From positions 1 through 24,087 of the IMG/VR virus record IMGVR_UViG_3300017909_004931: a stretch of DNA of 24,087 bases. One strand, 5' to 3'. This DNA comes from a virus (Duplodnaviria; Caudoviricetes). Below, in pieces: positions 15,701 through 22,403 of this stretch (positions are counted from its first letter, which is position 1; every line of letters starts with the position of its first letter). The notes beneath the pieces were generated by a model that had not been told where the DNA came from, did no database searches, and saw only the letters and a list, made by a program, of their open reading frames with translations. The translations under genes were made by a program, and so were the position numbers.

Positions 15701-18420
15701 GTGTCTAATACTTTGTGAGTAGTTGATTTAAATGCACCAATACCCAACATATCTGTTTGAAAAAATGCAGATGATTCTGTGTAATTTTTATTAATTGCTT
15801 CTAAAACTTTGTCTACTGCAACATCCACATTGCCATCAAAACCTAAGTTTGTTGCTTTTTCAACAAATGCCCTTTTGAATCTTAAGTATGCTTCTTGACT
15901 GTATGAAATTGAATTTACTACGTGAATATCTTTTCTTAACAAAGTGTACATTGCAAGACTGAGTGGTCCTGAATGCTGTAAAAATTTTCTACCAAATTTA
16001 GTTGCATTTGGAAAATCTCTTAAATTACTTGCACCTGGAGTAACTCCTTCAATGCCTGTAAGTTCATTTGTGATCGTTTTCACATGGTCAGTTACTTGTC
16101 CAAGAGTAAAAGATGAAATATTATCATTTAGTGTGTTACTTTCTAAATTGTTAGGAAATTCATAATGTCCATTTGCATTTTTAATTGAAGCACTAGAAGT
16201 TTTAATAACAACCACATCACCCACTGTTAATGCTTGACTGAAATTAATGTAAGCAACAGAATTAATTCTGTTGATTGTGTAATCTGTAAGTTCTCTTTTA
16301 ATTTGACTGTTTACAAAAACTTTGACACTCAAATCATTCAGGTCTCCGCTTTTATCATACACATCAACAGCAAAGTCGTTTGTTTGTGTTTCAGTGACAT
16401 CGTATAATCTTTCAACTCTTTGATAACTTTCAGTGTCTGCTTTTTCCCAACCATTTTGTAAACTGTTTGTTGTTCTATCAGTAAATTTTTTCAAAAATGC
16501 TGTATCAGTGTTTACAGTTGTTTGAGTATCGTCTCCATACACAAAACTATCATTTACTAGATTAAAATCAAAAGTGATATCACCAATGTTGTTTACATTA
16601 AGATACTTTATTGGAAATCCTAATTCAGGATCGTTTGCTCCTACACCCTCTTGGTAACTGAAAACTTTAGTTCCCCTAAAACTTGAGTTGCTGTAATTTG
16701 TAGAATCTGTGTAACTTATTCCAGTTTCATCAAACAGTTCAAACATTGGCGCTTGGTTGACTGTTGTTTTTTCTTGTGTAAGTTGCCAAGTTGTTCCGTC
16801 GAACCAATAAATTTTACCTTGATTTTTTGTACCTTGGGTAACAAGCACAGTTTCATTTTCTAAACTTGTTGCATCTGTGACTTCAACTAAACTGATTTGT
16901 CTTGTTGTTGTATTGTTTTGCGTAAAATTTAAAAATTTAACCTCATAAATTTTGTTTTTCACAAGCGGATCTGTATCTGCTGTGAACATTACTTTCATTC
17001 CATTTGTGAGTTCTACGCCATCTATGTAATATCCCACTGCTCCTTCAACATCGCTCATTGCGTCTGTTGTTACAGTATCAATCAAATTTATGTTACCTTT
17101 ACTTGATGTTCCAAAGTTGTATAACTTTAATCCTGCTTCAAATTCTATAATTGGTCTTCTTGCTCTTAAAGATTGATCAACATTAGCAATCTGACCATTT
17201 GCTTTTGCACTGGCTTCAATTACAGACTTGTGAATCCATCTGTTGTGTCTACTCCAAGGATTTCTATCCGGAGATGCTTTGTTAATCACAACATAGTCTT
17301 TATTCAACGCATAAGATGTCGCTGTACCAAAGCCTACAGTATCAAATTGTGTTGTATCAAAAGGCACTGGAGTATTTTCTGTGTAAGAACTTACCACTTC
17401 TAAATTTTGTACATTTATCAATTGTATTGCATCACCAACTCCTTCAACATAATATTCTCCTTCTGCGTATTCAGTTGGAGTAATTGTGCCTTTGAAATTA
17501 ATTTTCATTCCATTAGACAATTCAGTGCCGTCGGATAATGTATAAGATTTTTTACCTATTAATTCTTTTGCAACATCTAGTTCACTGTTTTCTTCTATTG
17601 TGTAGATTTGTATTAAACCCCAAGCATTAATGTCATTGTTTGCGCCATAATACAATTTGTCTGGTGCTGTGTCTGAAACTGTGAATTCAACAATGCCTTT
17701 TTCAACTTTTTGTTGACTTACACCAACATTGTATATGAAATCATCGCTTAAACTTCTTGCAGTCTTAATTGTAAAAGGAAGACCTTGTGCTGATATATCA
17801 AATTTGTATGTTTGTCCTTTGTATAATTTCAAAGTTGGATTTACAGTTTTACCATCTGGTGTAAAAATATAAGCATAGTTGTCACCTTGGTCACTTTTTG
17901 TTACTGTGTATGTGCTGACTACTGATCTTTGTTGTCCTGTAACTGTAACAGTAGATGCTCCATACGGTAGCCAAAAATATTCTCTGTAATTTACAAATTT
18001 GTCCCAATTAATTTTTGGAGACCATGTGTAATATTCCTGTGCATTCAAATTGGAATGATCATCAGCATAGCCGTTTAAATTTTTAATTTGATTTACATAG
18101 TCAACATAATCTTTGAAAAAATTAACATTGCCTAGTTCATCTGTTTCTGTAATTGCTGGTTCAAATTGATAGTTTTGTCTATCTGAATTGATATCCTGCA
18201 CATAAAAATCATCTGATTTGTAAGATTGTGTATTTTTTCTACCATAGTAAGCAGAAATTTTTTCCAGTGTTCCGCTGGAAATCATTTGATCTAGTGTTGC
18301 ATTTAAAAATTTTTGATTGGCAGAAGTTCTAAAATATTTAGGTAGAAACTCTGCAGATTTTCTTCTGTTAGATTCAGACCCTACTGGTACTGGAAATTCT
18401 TTCTCTTTGTCGTAAGCCAT
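3727..18420 (-). CDS. Giant multidomain virion/baseplate protein (4897 aa) in the gp7-like position, with FG-GAP-like propeller, CBM-like and Ig-like repeats
   Basis: 14.7 kb uninterrupted ORF coupled to the gp6-like gene by TAATG. Contains seven FG..(I/L)..GxP-type blades, four CBM5/12-like modules, NSGSGY...APTV modules and several (F/Y)xGDGxT Ig-like repeats. The gp7 equivalence is positional inference. Confidence 0.85.
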   Translation of the reverse strand: MAYDKEKEFPVPVGSESNRRKSAEFLPKYFRTSANQKFLNATLDQMISSGTLEKISAYYGRKNTQSYKSDDFYVQDINSDRQNYQFEPAITETDELGNVNFFKDYVDYVNQIKNLNGYADDHSNLNAQEYYTWSPKINWDKFVNYREYFWLPYGASTVTVTGQQRSVVSTYTVTKSDQGDNYAYIFTPDGKTVNPTLKLYKGQTYKFDISAQGLPFTIKTARSLSDDFIYNVGVSQQKVEKGIVEFTVSDTAPDKLYYGANNDINAWGLIQIYTIEENSELDVAKELIGKKSYTLSDGTELSNGMKINFKGTITPTEYAEGEYYVEGVGDAIQLINVQNLEVVSSYTENTPVPFDTTQFDTVGFGTATSYALNKDYVVINKASPDRNPWSRHNRWIHKSVIEASAKANGQIANVDQSLRARRPIIEFEAGLKLYNFGTSSKGNINLIDTVTTDAMSDVEGAVGYYIDGVELTNGMKVMFTADTDPLVKNKIYEVKFLNFTQNNTTTRQISLVEVTDATSLENETVLVTQGTKNQGKIYWFDGTTWQLTQEKTTVNQAPMFELFDETGISYTDSTNYSNSSFRGTKVFSYQEGVGANDPELGFPIKYLNVNNIGDITFDFNLVNDSFVYGDDTQTTVNTDTAFLKKFTDRTTNSLQNGWEKADTESYQRVERLYDVTETQTNDFAVDVYDKSGDLNDLSVKVFVNSQIKRELTDYTINRINSVAYINFSQALTVGDVVVIKTSSASIKNANGHYEFPNNLESNTLNDNISSFTLGQVTDHVKTITNELTGIEGVTPGASNLRDFPNATKFGRKFLQHSGPLSLAMYTLLRKDIHVVNSISYSQEAYLRFKRAFVEKATNLGFDGNVDVAVDKVLEAINKNYTESSAFFQTDMLGIGAFKSTTHKVLDTNSQFYAISTNFDLNSLSIQAVNVYHNGEQLLHGQDYVFTNGFVNVTKTLTLDDEIVIREFDTSNGSHIPATPTKLGLYPKYIPQKYSDTTLVTPVDVIQGHDGSITKAYGDYRDDLILELEKRIYNNIKTTYNSDLLDYNAFVPKAGRTNLFNHDSINIVLLQNYNEWATFIGNEDYTANTYQQDSNSLTWNYSNAVSPTGEKLLGHWRGIYKNLLGTDRPNITPWEIIGFTEKPTWWETTYGPAPYTKENLVLWKDMEAGIVREPNKKIFVLDKYKRPNLTSYIPVTSTGTIRSPFESGYAREVVLNLTKSKYAFGDHSPVETAWRRSSDYPFAILKAFLLHQPAKVIGIGWDTSRVKRNDAGQIVYSTGLRLQPSALVFPSAVSEKTTVLTAGLVNYIYDFVEVNLINSYSDYKAKIKNIKAQIGFKIRGYSNKDKFKLVLDSKSPTNTANIFVPEENYKLIYNTSSAVELITYSALIIEKSTSGYLVKGYDKNNPVIKYYAPIPITADPTINVGGVSASYVNWAENKRYDVGQYVKYANEFYAVETQHVSESTFDLSKFVKLVELPIEGGAVAQLRKQFSTDVSTVAYGTTYETVQEVVDVILGYGEYLKSKGFKFNDFEKSLEKVSNWQLSVREFLYWTTQNWDAGSVISLSPSAERLVLETPNATTDNVLDNFYSYGVLKEDGNNLDKNFVRVTRDRNVFELLLKGTINGIYFCKIPVVQKENVCVIDNTTTFNDLIFDPASGYKQDRIKVLGYLTEWDGSGVSPGFIFDEAKIQEWAPFTKYAMSDVVKHKQFYYTANSKLKAVEKFNEEDWRRLDNRPQPSLYANFDYKANQFADFYDLDTDNFDSDQQRMAQHLIGYQPREYLRNIINDDVAQYKFYQGYIREKGTSNALSKLFDALASADKESVDFYEEWGIRKGQYGASDTFDEIEYVLDESKLRLNPQPVELTDSGTGAETDLVYRIQSGEVYLKPENYTHNPFPIKYDKNTYIKTAGPVNPIDISVTVGSYDDLLTSTTLTTLKDGQYVWVGNYNNSWNVFRYSNTNQTITSVVAGPNGITVTTLNNAEMAVGEIFVVNANGSDYVLKCSSVSLNQIVCEPKTGFQSITTAVGFVRRLVTSRVSDIAEINQRIVDQGLKDDEKFWVDQSNDGKWKIVNNKFVFKQHDTVSSTTDSGDVSFGQVLSANKNNTILLVGQPDENDGQIYVFSRGTESATLRLIQVIQSPTIDPIYQQTDLFGSNSKFGQAIEISPEGDYILVGAPDASNLKTEYKGQFVDTQNYATGNIVQYKKQLWRATNQIIGADPSVDFTTFDAAGLYNEATGSAITNMLIGDYVHTGTTTNHLLIRASADQYNGTKIGDKLYLDYLGFTSDYNQDRNNYQKDPKGPFGENINVSTISNEIFTGQAIPIVEKIDEILKVDITLTDPVVGNVLTTDTAQGTVVYVNKVGTKTLIYLKDVQGVFSTSDSINFGNLEIGAYDRVITEDYNHLGGWWRVDFPTAVSTDLGADTSNHLVIYDIVRQGITRTISHFNNSIEMPWMPISPQGPVYNAEFGMLSYSQSYYVDQSTNSWQANSSPVNVLSNKYFIRTDAQTSYHAMGKQAGDQINVWFNTVSNNRYTFPGLNISNADTNGLKTINDVWEGYVDVDSQPDNNANFYVPTVGDVVRCDTTYTQTAGFGGEGTVAAIQYTGLQRYRLWIKNLSGNGMPFVQGSNAGFNGTITVLGTPNRLLGNIEQTAFTDSNQPPGVIGNLLVFEHTAPINFSGTITEYFGRDIEYWTWDEQTLDGINVSANTPSSANRDWIQVYNIPIGEGVQSAFTNQGCFLVYKKETSGQFSFAGGYSIPDAATGLRFGSRIKIRTVGSETVAYIGAEGDGTTNLPGKIYFIENSATKNWWLGIDPQYRGVFENTVAYQTGELVVYNNQLYKATTNMIAGAFDTANWQLQNTHTDFLGYIPNDSGVELENDSTLDQNSMVQFGNRFDIDTNGNNIIANVLYSNDSQKIIVYRLHDNHYTYKQTITAPDDSGPTINFGADISISGDGELIAIGSPLKDFTDIDMGAVYVYKKATDDSGLYSLVQTLTSPAKEVSENFGYALSFSGDILAVTSLKGDMTINTAFDSGTTSFDNEMTSFTKIVQDTGTIHIYEKFDNTLLYAEKFTYADTSIQQFGSNLLVNVNHVYVGMPNLQLIDEEVGTTIDFRRSQDANNWTSVHETVGGIEQPDLTKIKSVFLYNKKTKKVLANLDYIDPIFGKIPGPAEEEIFYKTKYDPAYYNQSGSTKQDDLNHWDHTQVGRLWWDISKAQYYYPYQSNIIFNNAYWNKLFPGATIDIHEWTQSKYTPTQWNTLSASPEGLSLGITGTVSNTNNFVLKKQYDQVAGVFTNVYFYWVKDKTSIPQIEGRTLSANGVSKLIKDPRSQGYKYVTIFGSNKFAIVNCGGLISDKDAVINFRLINTATNNDIHEEYAIVTENLASSKIPTDIETVWFNSLIGYDELENHVPDPELSEKLKYGTLMQPRQSWFKNKQEALKQAIQRINSTLISNLIVDEVDLSSLTKSDPAPLTATGLYDVTVDTEKDLQFVGVGTVKTATLVPTIEDGKIKSVFVSDAGKGYKFKPTITINTTTGSGAVIELSIDVNGSVSNAVVREQGSNYKSIDTITVRDFSALVNADSTVTGKWAIYSYTTEGWTRTRIQSYNVGLYWNYADWYDTGYSELTAIDKKVSQTYELDAIECDIGDIVKIETVGTGGWLLLEKVDNKEDVDYTVNYKTVGRQNGTIQFNTKLYDYANQNIGFDSNSFDVQLYDRQPIEETRIILQTVRDSIFVEELKLEYNKLFFASIRYALSEDTLNDWVFKTSFVTAQHNVGDLKQKVTFKNDNLSNYEDYIKEIKPYKSKIREYVSSYDKIEPTNTSLTDFDLPPRYINGVITPSNIRVENNALVNADNINTYPNKHWKDNVGFSIKSINIKQGGTLYKNAPTIEIVGGGGSGATATAYIKNGTINRINVTNSGSGYIGAPTVNILGSTTGTVAEANAVLGDSLVRSTHIGVKFDRTTGDLLLANLTRTETFSGNASQLKFKLKWPMDLRTTTVKVKVNNQLKLRSEYTFNNDVDETKSYTRNCGYVSFTLPPANNANISVEYLIDQDVLQTQDRVNLYYSPTAGMPGKELAQVIEGIDYGGVEVRSIGFENKSGWDNQPFMDGEWDTYDESYEDEVFYLDQSTLSLTLSKTLEANVQYNVYRNGVRVDDPNFGTPQQTNVNAVMETIIGDGSTKTVDISAVETGNDTIIIRKSSSDGSFLPDPKEVDTLLQGGDLAYSTAQGLSAEDINVDGDGFVTPTSSHGPEEFVPGQVLDTLDIQVYDRGSNTGSKINSYNYIGDGTTTEFAYTDYPQSADAVFVSVNNILYNSNLFTVDYQNKKIVLNSAPANGDKINFITMGNNGESVLDVDTFTGDGSTVDFVTRAKYTAGKISVFVRVNGQRVNYQVLETDSSFAVPNRVAIRFNTAPSIDAVISICVYESASQSFSEVTQNEFTGDGSTATYQLSPTPFAQQPLTTNVIVKVGDSMLRSGWYKQFKVSALREYEIENWQIVPGSINSTDVRAFLNDVEMTSSQYRWNPGNSSVTLESGVGVAGDILDVFIDNGEYSVSDAGVLTLTNAPTQNTKVTAYQFSKHDIADIEREQADVIARLSITVNSDDYYQYNQLTNGVIYLRKPAVDAQYVWVSLNGEWLAPSVDYTVSNDQMRVLISRTVSQNDQIDVMHFSAPSFIGKFAYRQFKDMMNRTHFKRIGNDRQYFLANTLYWYDKEIVLKDATGITEPNITASLPGIVFIDGERIEYWIKDGNKLQQLRRGTYGTGVPTQHFADTEVHDQSGFQTVPYKDEFISEVYTGADVSNNQLTISFTPTNADQFELFVGGKRMRKNSISQYNPANGQDSPEADDTVSAEFTVDGVNPVITFTNTPAANAKIVVIRKQGKIWQEGTDPLSQTDNDIARFIRQKEVAPPQ
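3830..6540 (-). repeat. Tandem (F/Y)xGDGxT-initiated beta-sandwich-like protein repeats in the C-terminal part of the giant gene
   Basis: FSGNASQLKF, IIGDGSTKTV, YIGDGTTTEF, FTGDGSTVDF, FTGDGSTATY. Most are followed by VxVxVNG/N and (F/L)xxAPxxG/N motifs. Coordinates approximate. Confidence 0.7.
9110..12160 (-). repeat. Seven FG-GAP-like protein repeats (interrupted beta-propeller) within the giant gene
   Basis: SFGQVLS..VGQP, KFGQAIE..VGAP, RFGSRIK..IGAE, QFGNRFD, NFGADIS..IGSP..GAVYVY, NFGYALS..GTIHIY, QFGSNLL..VGMP. Coordinates approximate. Confidence 0.75.
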
Positions 18421-21400
18421 TAATATCCACTGCCTCCTCCACTAGAGCCTCCTGAACTAGAACTCGACGAACCTGTTGCACTCGAACTAGAAGCAAGTGT
18501 ACCACTCAATGAAGATGACGTAGAAGTAGAACTTGTAGTCACTGTGCCAGTGGCTTTGATTTGTGCGGCGGTGACCGCATCTATAATTTCAATATCTGAA
18601 ACTTTTGCTCCACTGATGAAAATTTCATCGCTTTCAGAACTTATTTCAAATAAACTTCCAAAACTTTGATTGCCTGCTTTAGGCACAATTATAAAATTTG
18701 AAATGTCTGGTGCTAATTCTAAAGTTACAAAAGTCGATAGTTCTGTAAAGTAAAAACTATCTCCAAAGTCCCAATTTTCCAGAGCGAAAAATTCATTTAT
18801 TGCAGAAATCACTCTACTCTTAATATCTGCATCGTTTGTAACCTCATCACTGTTTTTAACAATTTTGAAAGTTGCTTGTAGATCAGCATCGGCATTCTCG
18901 CCAAATAAAACCTTGTACTTTACAGGATGATATATTAATGTGTCACTGATCGATTTCATTGTTGCCAATGCAGAGTTAAAATTATTATACAAAGAATCAC
19001 TACTTGGTAACAGAGGTTTGTTAGCAGTAGCACCTGCTAACCACTGTCTAAAATCGATATCATAAGTTCTTGTTAAAACATACATATCTATAATGTTTGT
19101 TACACTAGGATCTAATCTTGTATTTCCATCAACTGTGTGTACGTATTGGAATTTGACTTTGTCCCTTCCTAAATGAGCAATATAATTTGTTTCTTCTGAT
19201 GTTGTGTTAGTCGTTGTGTTCACTTTTTTGAATGAATTTGTATCAACAATGTAAACTATTGAACCATCGACATAATCGCCTATTGCACCAACTGAACTTT
19301 GTCTTACATAAATCATTTCTTCTGTTGCATCAACATAAGCATATCTTTGAGTTCCGTTTTGACCGTCAATTAATTTTTGGAAAATATATTTTGATGTGGG
19401 ATTCACAGTAGGAGCAACCACGTCGTTGAATGCATCTGGATTATCAACTATCCCGTCTTGGTCACTATCAAAGTGTGTTAATTCAAGTTTAGAACTGTCT
19501 ATATAACCTTGTGCTGTTCTAAATTCTGTTGCAACACTAAAATCGATATCATTAGTAAATGCAGTTGTTGTGTCTGGTTTTGTGTTAAAAGATAAAACAG
19601 ATATTCTATCTTGTAAAGTTTTTCCTGTTACTATGTTGAAATTTCTATCTACGCTGTCATAGAAAAATCTAACTTCTCTTTTACTTTCAAATACATAACG
19701 CAATGATCTTGTTGTCATTGTGTATGTTGCACCATTGTTAGTAAAACGTAAAATCCAACTTGAATCTAATTGTTGATTTGTAACGTCACCAGTTTTACCT
19801 GTGCTGAAAGCACCGTACACATTTAAATTATTTTCATCAATCACTTGCCATGATCTTGTTGCAACATCATATCTTAATCCAAAATTATTGTAAGCAAAAG
19901 TCTGATCAATAATTAAAGTTTTAATATCATTTGCAATTTGTTTAGAAAACTTTGGAAGTATTTGAGTTGCCACAGCATCACTTGGCACCACATCATTAAA
20001 TTGTATTGGGCCTAATCCTGTTCCTGGGTCTGTTGCGCCATCGTTGTAAACACTTACAACAGCAGTCCATATGTAAGTTTTAGAACCTAAATGATCAGCC
20101 GCACCAGACATCAATGAACCGTCTGCCATAAAATGTTTGCCTGCTGGTGCTTCAAATTTTATCATTGCACCTGGTTCAATGTATTTCAATTGACTTGCTG
20201 TAAATTGACCTACTTGATAATCAACTGCTGAAACGGAATCCTTCAATTTACCTGTGGAAGAATTAGTGTCTTTGCTTGATTGCACCCAGGTTGCATTTAA
20301 ATCAGTCAATAATATTTTTGGAAATTTTTCTATGTAATAGTTTCTAACATTTTTATTAGCCAACATAGGTTCAATTTTGTTAATGATTACTGCTTCAATA
20401 TCTGTTTGCGTGGTAAAATCAAAATTGTCTACAGTTTCATTTTCTTCTTTGTAGATCACACCATCATTACCAAACAAATTTGTATTACTGTATTTTCCTG
20501 TTGCATCAATCAAATCAAAATATCTTGATATGCCACTTGCTGTTCTGTTGATTGCTTTTACTTTTATAATTTCTTGATTAGTTCCTAAAGGGGCAACATT
20601 ATAATCTTCAGCAGTAACCATTCTGCCCTGTGTGTAATAGGTTGCAGGTGCATTTGTTTTAATGTTGCTTGTTGATTCTGAAGTTGTTGCATTGTCAACT
20701 GTGTACTGAAGACCTAAAGTTAACGTGATTGTTTCAGTTTGATTATTTTTTGAAACATAATCAATATCAACAGCAATATTCTGCATATCATCGGGAGTCA
20801 TTCTGATGTTTTGATTTGCACTTGTTCTGTAGTACACTCTAAATTTTCCTTGTGGCAGATTTCCAAACACACCATCAGCAAATTTTAATTGTATTCTATC
20901 TTCGGCTTTACTTAAAACTGTGTAAATGTCTTTGATTGATTTTACAGTTGAATTGAAAATTACATTGTTACCAACAACACTTTCAACTTTTGTCCATAAA
21001 GTATCTTCTGTACCTTGTTCATTTAAAGAATATAACCAAACGTCTGTGTTGTTTATGTTTCTAGCATCTATCGAAACTGATTCATTGTTTGAAGGATTTG
21101 TAATAGTGAAATCACCTTGATCAAGCACTCCTTGTCTAAAGTGACAGAAAAATCCTGTGTTAGGACTAGAATTACCTTTACCATCATCACGATGCACAAA
21201 ACTTAAAGGATTGCCAACTTGAGGTGCTTCTTCTTCCAAACTGTCTTCAGCAAAAGTTGTTGATACAATTTCAAAATCGAAACTTTGTCCATTCACACTT
21301 TTACTGAAAGCATACACAGGTGTATCTATAGTGGCTGTGTTGAATCTATACTGAGCAGTTGGAATTGAATCAATTGTGTCGGACTTAATTGGTTTTCCAA

Positions 21401-21908
21401 ATTTTTCATTTTCTCCTAATCCAGCATTGATCACTTTTATAAATTGTTCATACCAGTTTGCATTTCCTGAATCATTCCAAGACACTGTTTGATTTGCAAG
21501 ATTTAAATTGTTGCTGTCGATTATATTTTCTGTTGTGGAAATACTTGTAATTTTCAGTAAACCGTTTCCTGTTTGGTTTCTTGTTACATTGTAACTGATT
21601 AATCTTGCTAGACGCAGAACACTCTCACGTCTATTTGCTAAATCAATAAAATTTTCTCTTGCATTGAGATCAATTCTAAATGAAACATTTTGCCCTAAGA
21701 ATGCAATTAAATCTATTAGTGCAAGATATTCTGACGATTCAATGTAATCATTAAAATCTTCAGGATAGTTTGATCTAATGTACTGGATCATTGTTCTACG
21801 GATAGTGTCAAAGTCGTAACTTTTGAATTCTGCATTTTTATAAGATTGGTAGATTCTAGTCCAATCTTCTGCTAACAATAATCTGTTTTGTCTATCTGTA
21901 GATGCCAT
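18420..21908 (-). CDS. gp6: Baseplate wedge subunit, T4 gp6-like (1162 aa, enlarged)
   Basis: N-terminal YDFDTIRRTM...DFNDYIESSEYLALIDLIAF...ENFIDLANRRESVLRLARLISY, KFADGVFG, and ESTSNIKTNAPATYYTQGRMVTAEDY match gp6/baseplate-J signatures. Lies directly after the gp25-like gene. Confidence 0.88.
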   Translation of the reverse strand: MASTDRQNRLLLAEDWTRIYQSYKNAEFKSYDFDTIRRTMIQYIRSNYPEDFNDYIESSEYLALIDLIAFLGQNVSFRIDLNARENFIDLANRRESVLRLARLISYNVTRNQTGNGLLKITSISTTENIIDSNNLNLANQTVSWNDSGNANWYEQFIKVINAGLGENEKFGKPIKSDTIDSIPTAQYRFNTATIDTPVYAFSKSVNGQSFDFEIVSTTFAEDSLEEEAPQVGNPLSFVHRDDGKGNSSPNTGFFCHFRQGVLDQGDFTITNPSNNESVSIDARNINNTDVWLYSLNEQGTEDTLWTKVESVVGNNVIFNSTVKSIKDIYTVLSKAEDRIQLKFADGVFGNLPQGKFRVYYRTSANQNIRMTPDDMQNIAVDIDYVSKNNQTETITLTLGLQYTVDNATTSESTSNIKTNAPATYYTQGRMVTAEDYNVAPLGTNQEIIKVKAINRTASGISRYFDLIDATGKYSNTNLFGNDGVIYKEENETVDNFDFTTQTDIEAVIINKIEPMLANKNVRNYYIEKFPKILLTDLNATWVQSSKDTNSSTGKLKDSVSAVDYQVGQFTASQLKYIEPGAMIKFEAPAGKHFMADGSLMSGAADHLGSKTYIWTAVVSVYNDGATDPGTGLGPIQFNDVVPSDAVATQILPKFSKQIANDIKTLIIDQTFAYNNFGLRYDVATRSWQVIDENNLNVYGAFSTGKTGDVTNQQLDSSWILRFTNNGATYTMTTRSLRYVFESKREVRFFYDSVDRNFNIVTGKTLQDRISVLSFNTKPDTTTAFTNDIDFSVATEFRTAQGYIDSSKLELTHFDSDQDGIVDNPDAFNDVVAPTVNPTSKYIFQKLIDGQNGTQRYAYVDATEEMIYVRQSSVGAIGDYVDGSIVYIVDTNSFKKVNTTTNTTSEETNYIAHLGRDKVKFQYVHTVDGNTRLDPSVTNIIDMYVLTRTYDIDFRQWLAGATANKPLLPSSDSLYNNFNSALATMKSISDTLIYHPVKYKVLFGENADADLQATFKIVKNSDEVTNDADIKSRVISAINEFFALENWDFGDSFYFTELSTFVTLELAPDISNFIIVPKAGNQSFGSLFEISSESDEIFISGAKVSDIEIIDAVTAAQIKATGTVTTSSTSTSSSLSGTLASSSSATGSSSSSSGGSSGGGSGY
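18423..18539 (-). repeat. Ser/Thr/Gly low-complexity C-terminal tail of the gp6-like protein
   Basis: 39 aa TTSSTSTSSSLSGTLASSSSATGSSSSSSGGSSGGGSGY, encoded by mixed Ser codons. Confidence 0.9.
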
Positions 21909-21928
21909 GATGTCCTTTTGTAATATCA

Positions 21929-21938
21929 GTATTTATTG
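21929..21938 (-). promoter_or_regulatory. Putative late promoter CAATAAATAC upstream of the gp6-like gene
   Basis: Lies in the 49-nt gap, with the core 21 nt upstream of ATG 21908, followed by an AAAGGA SD. Confidence 0.65.
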
Positions 21939-21957
21939 AATGACATAAACTACGCAT

Positions 21958-22398
21958 TTAATTTAGTAATCCGTTGTTTTGGTCAAAAGTTAATTTTAAT
22001 CTTTCAGAAATATTGTATTGGATATATTCAAGTTCAACTTCTATTTGAATACCTGATTCAAATGGAGTAATAACAATAGCATTTGCTCTAATTCTAGGGT
22101 CTGCATCTATTATTTCTTCTACATTTCTTTTTAATGCTTGTTCTACTTCTGCTGTAAGAGGATCATACAAGATATCCCATATAATTGTGCCAAATTCAGG
22201 ATTTTCCAATTTTTCTCCCTGTCTAATATGGAAATGATTCAACAAATCTTGCTTGATAAGTCCCATATCATACAAAGCAAAAGATGAATTTGCTTCGTTG
22301 ACAGTGCTTATACCTCTGTACATTTTTTGACTCGGCGTTTGCTCCTTGAATTCTTTACCTGCTATTGTAACTTCTTTATATAATTTTTTCTCTGCCAT
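21958..22398 (-). CDS. gp25: Baseplate wedge subunit, gp25/GpW-like sheath initiator (146 aa)
   Basis: IKQDLLNHFHIRQGEKLENPEFGTIIWDILYDP...IIDADPRI is the GPW/gp25 family pattern, with typical size and position. Confidence 0.92.
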   Translation of the reverse strand: MAEKKLYKEVTIAGKEFKEQTPSQKMYRGISTVNEANSSFALYDMGLIKQDLLNHFHIRQGEKLENPEFGTIIWDILYDPLTAEVEQALKRNVEEIIDADPRIRANAIVITPFESGIQIEVELEYIQYNISERLKLTFDQNNGLLN

Positions 22399-22403
22399 AA
22401 CAA

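Noticed and set aside
3727-18420. Intein, intron or homing endonuclease explaining the giant ORF
   Set aside because: No intein N-terminal block paired with an HN-(C/S/T) end, no LAGLIDADG/HNH/GIY-YIG motif noticed, and the frame is uninterrupted.
21909-21957. Intrinsic terminator or small RNA in the largest intergenic gap
   Set aside because: Only 49 nt, with no GC-rich hairpin plus U-tract. The content is accounted for by the promoter-like motif and SD.
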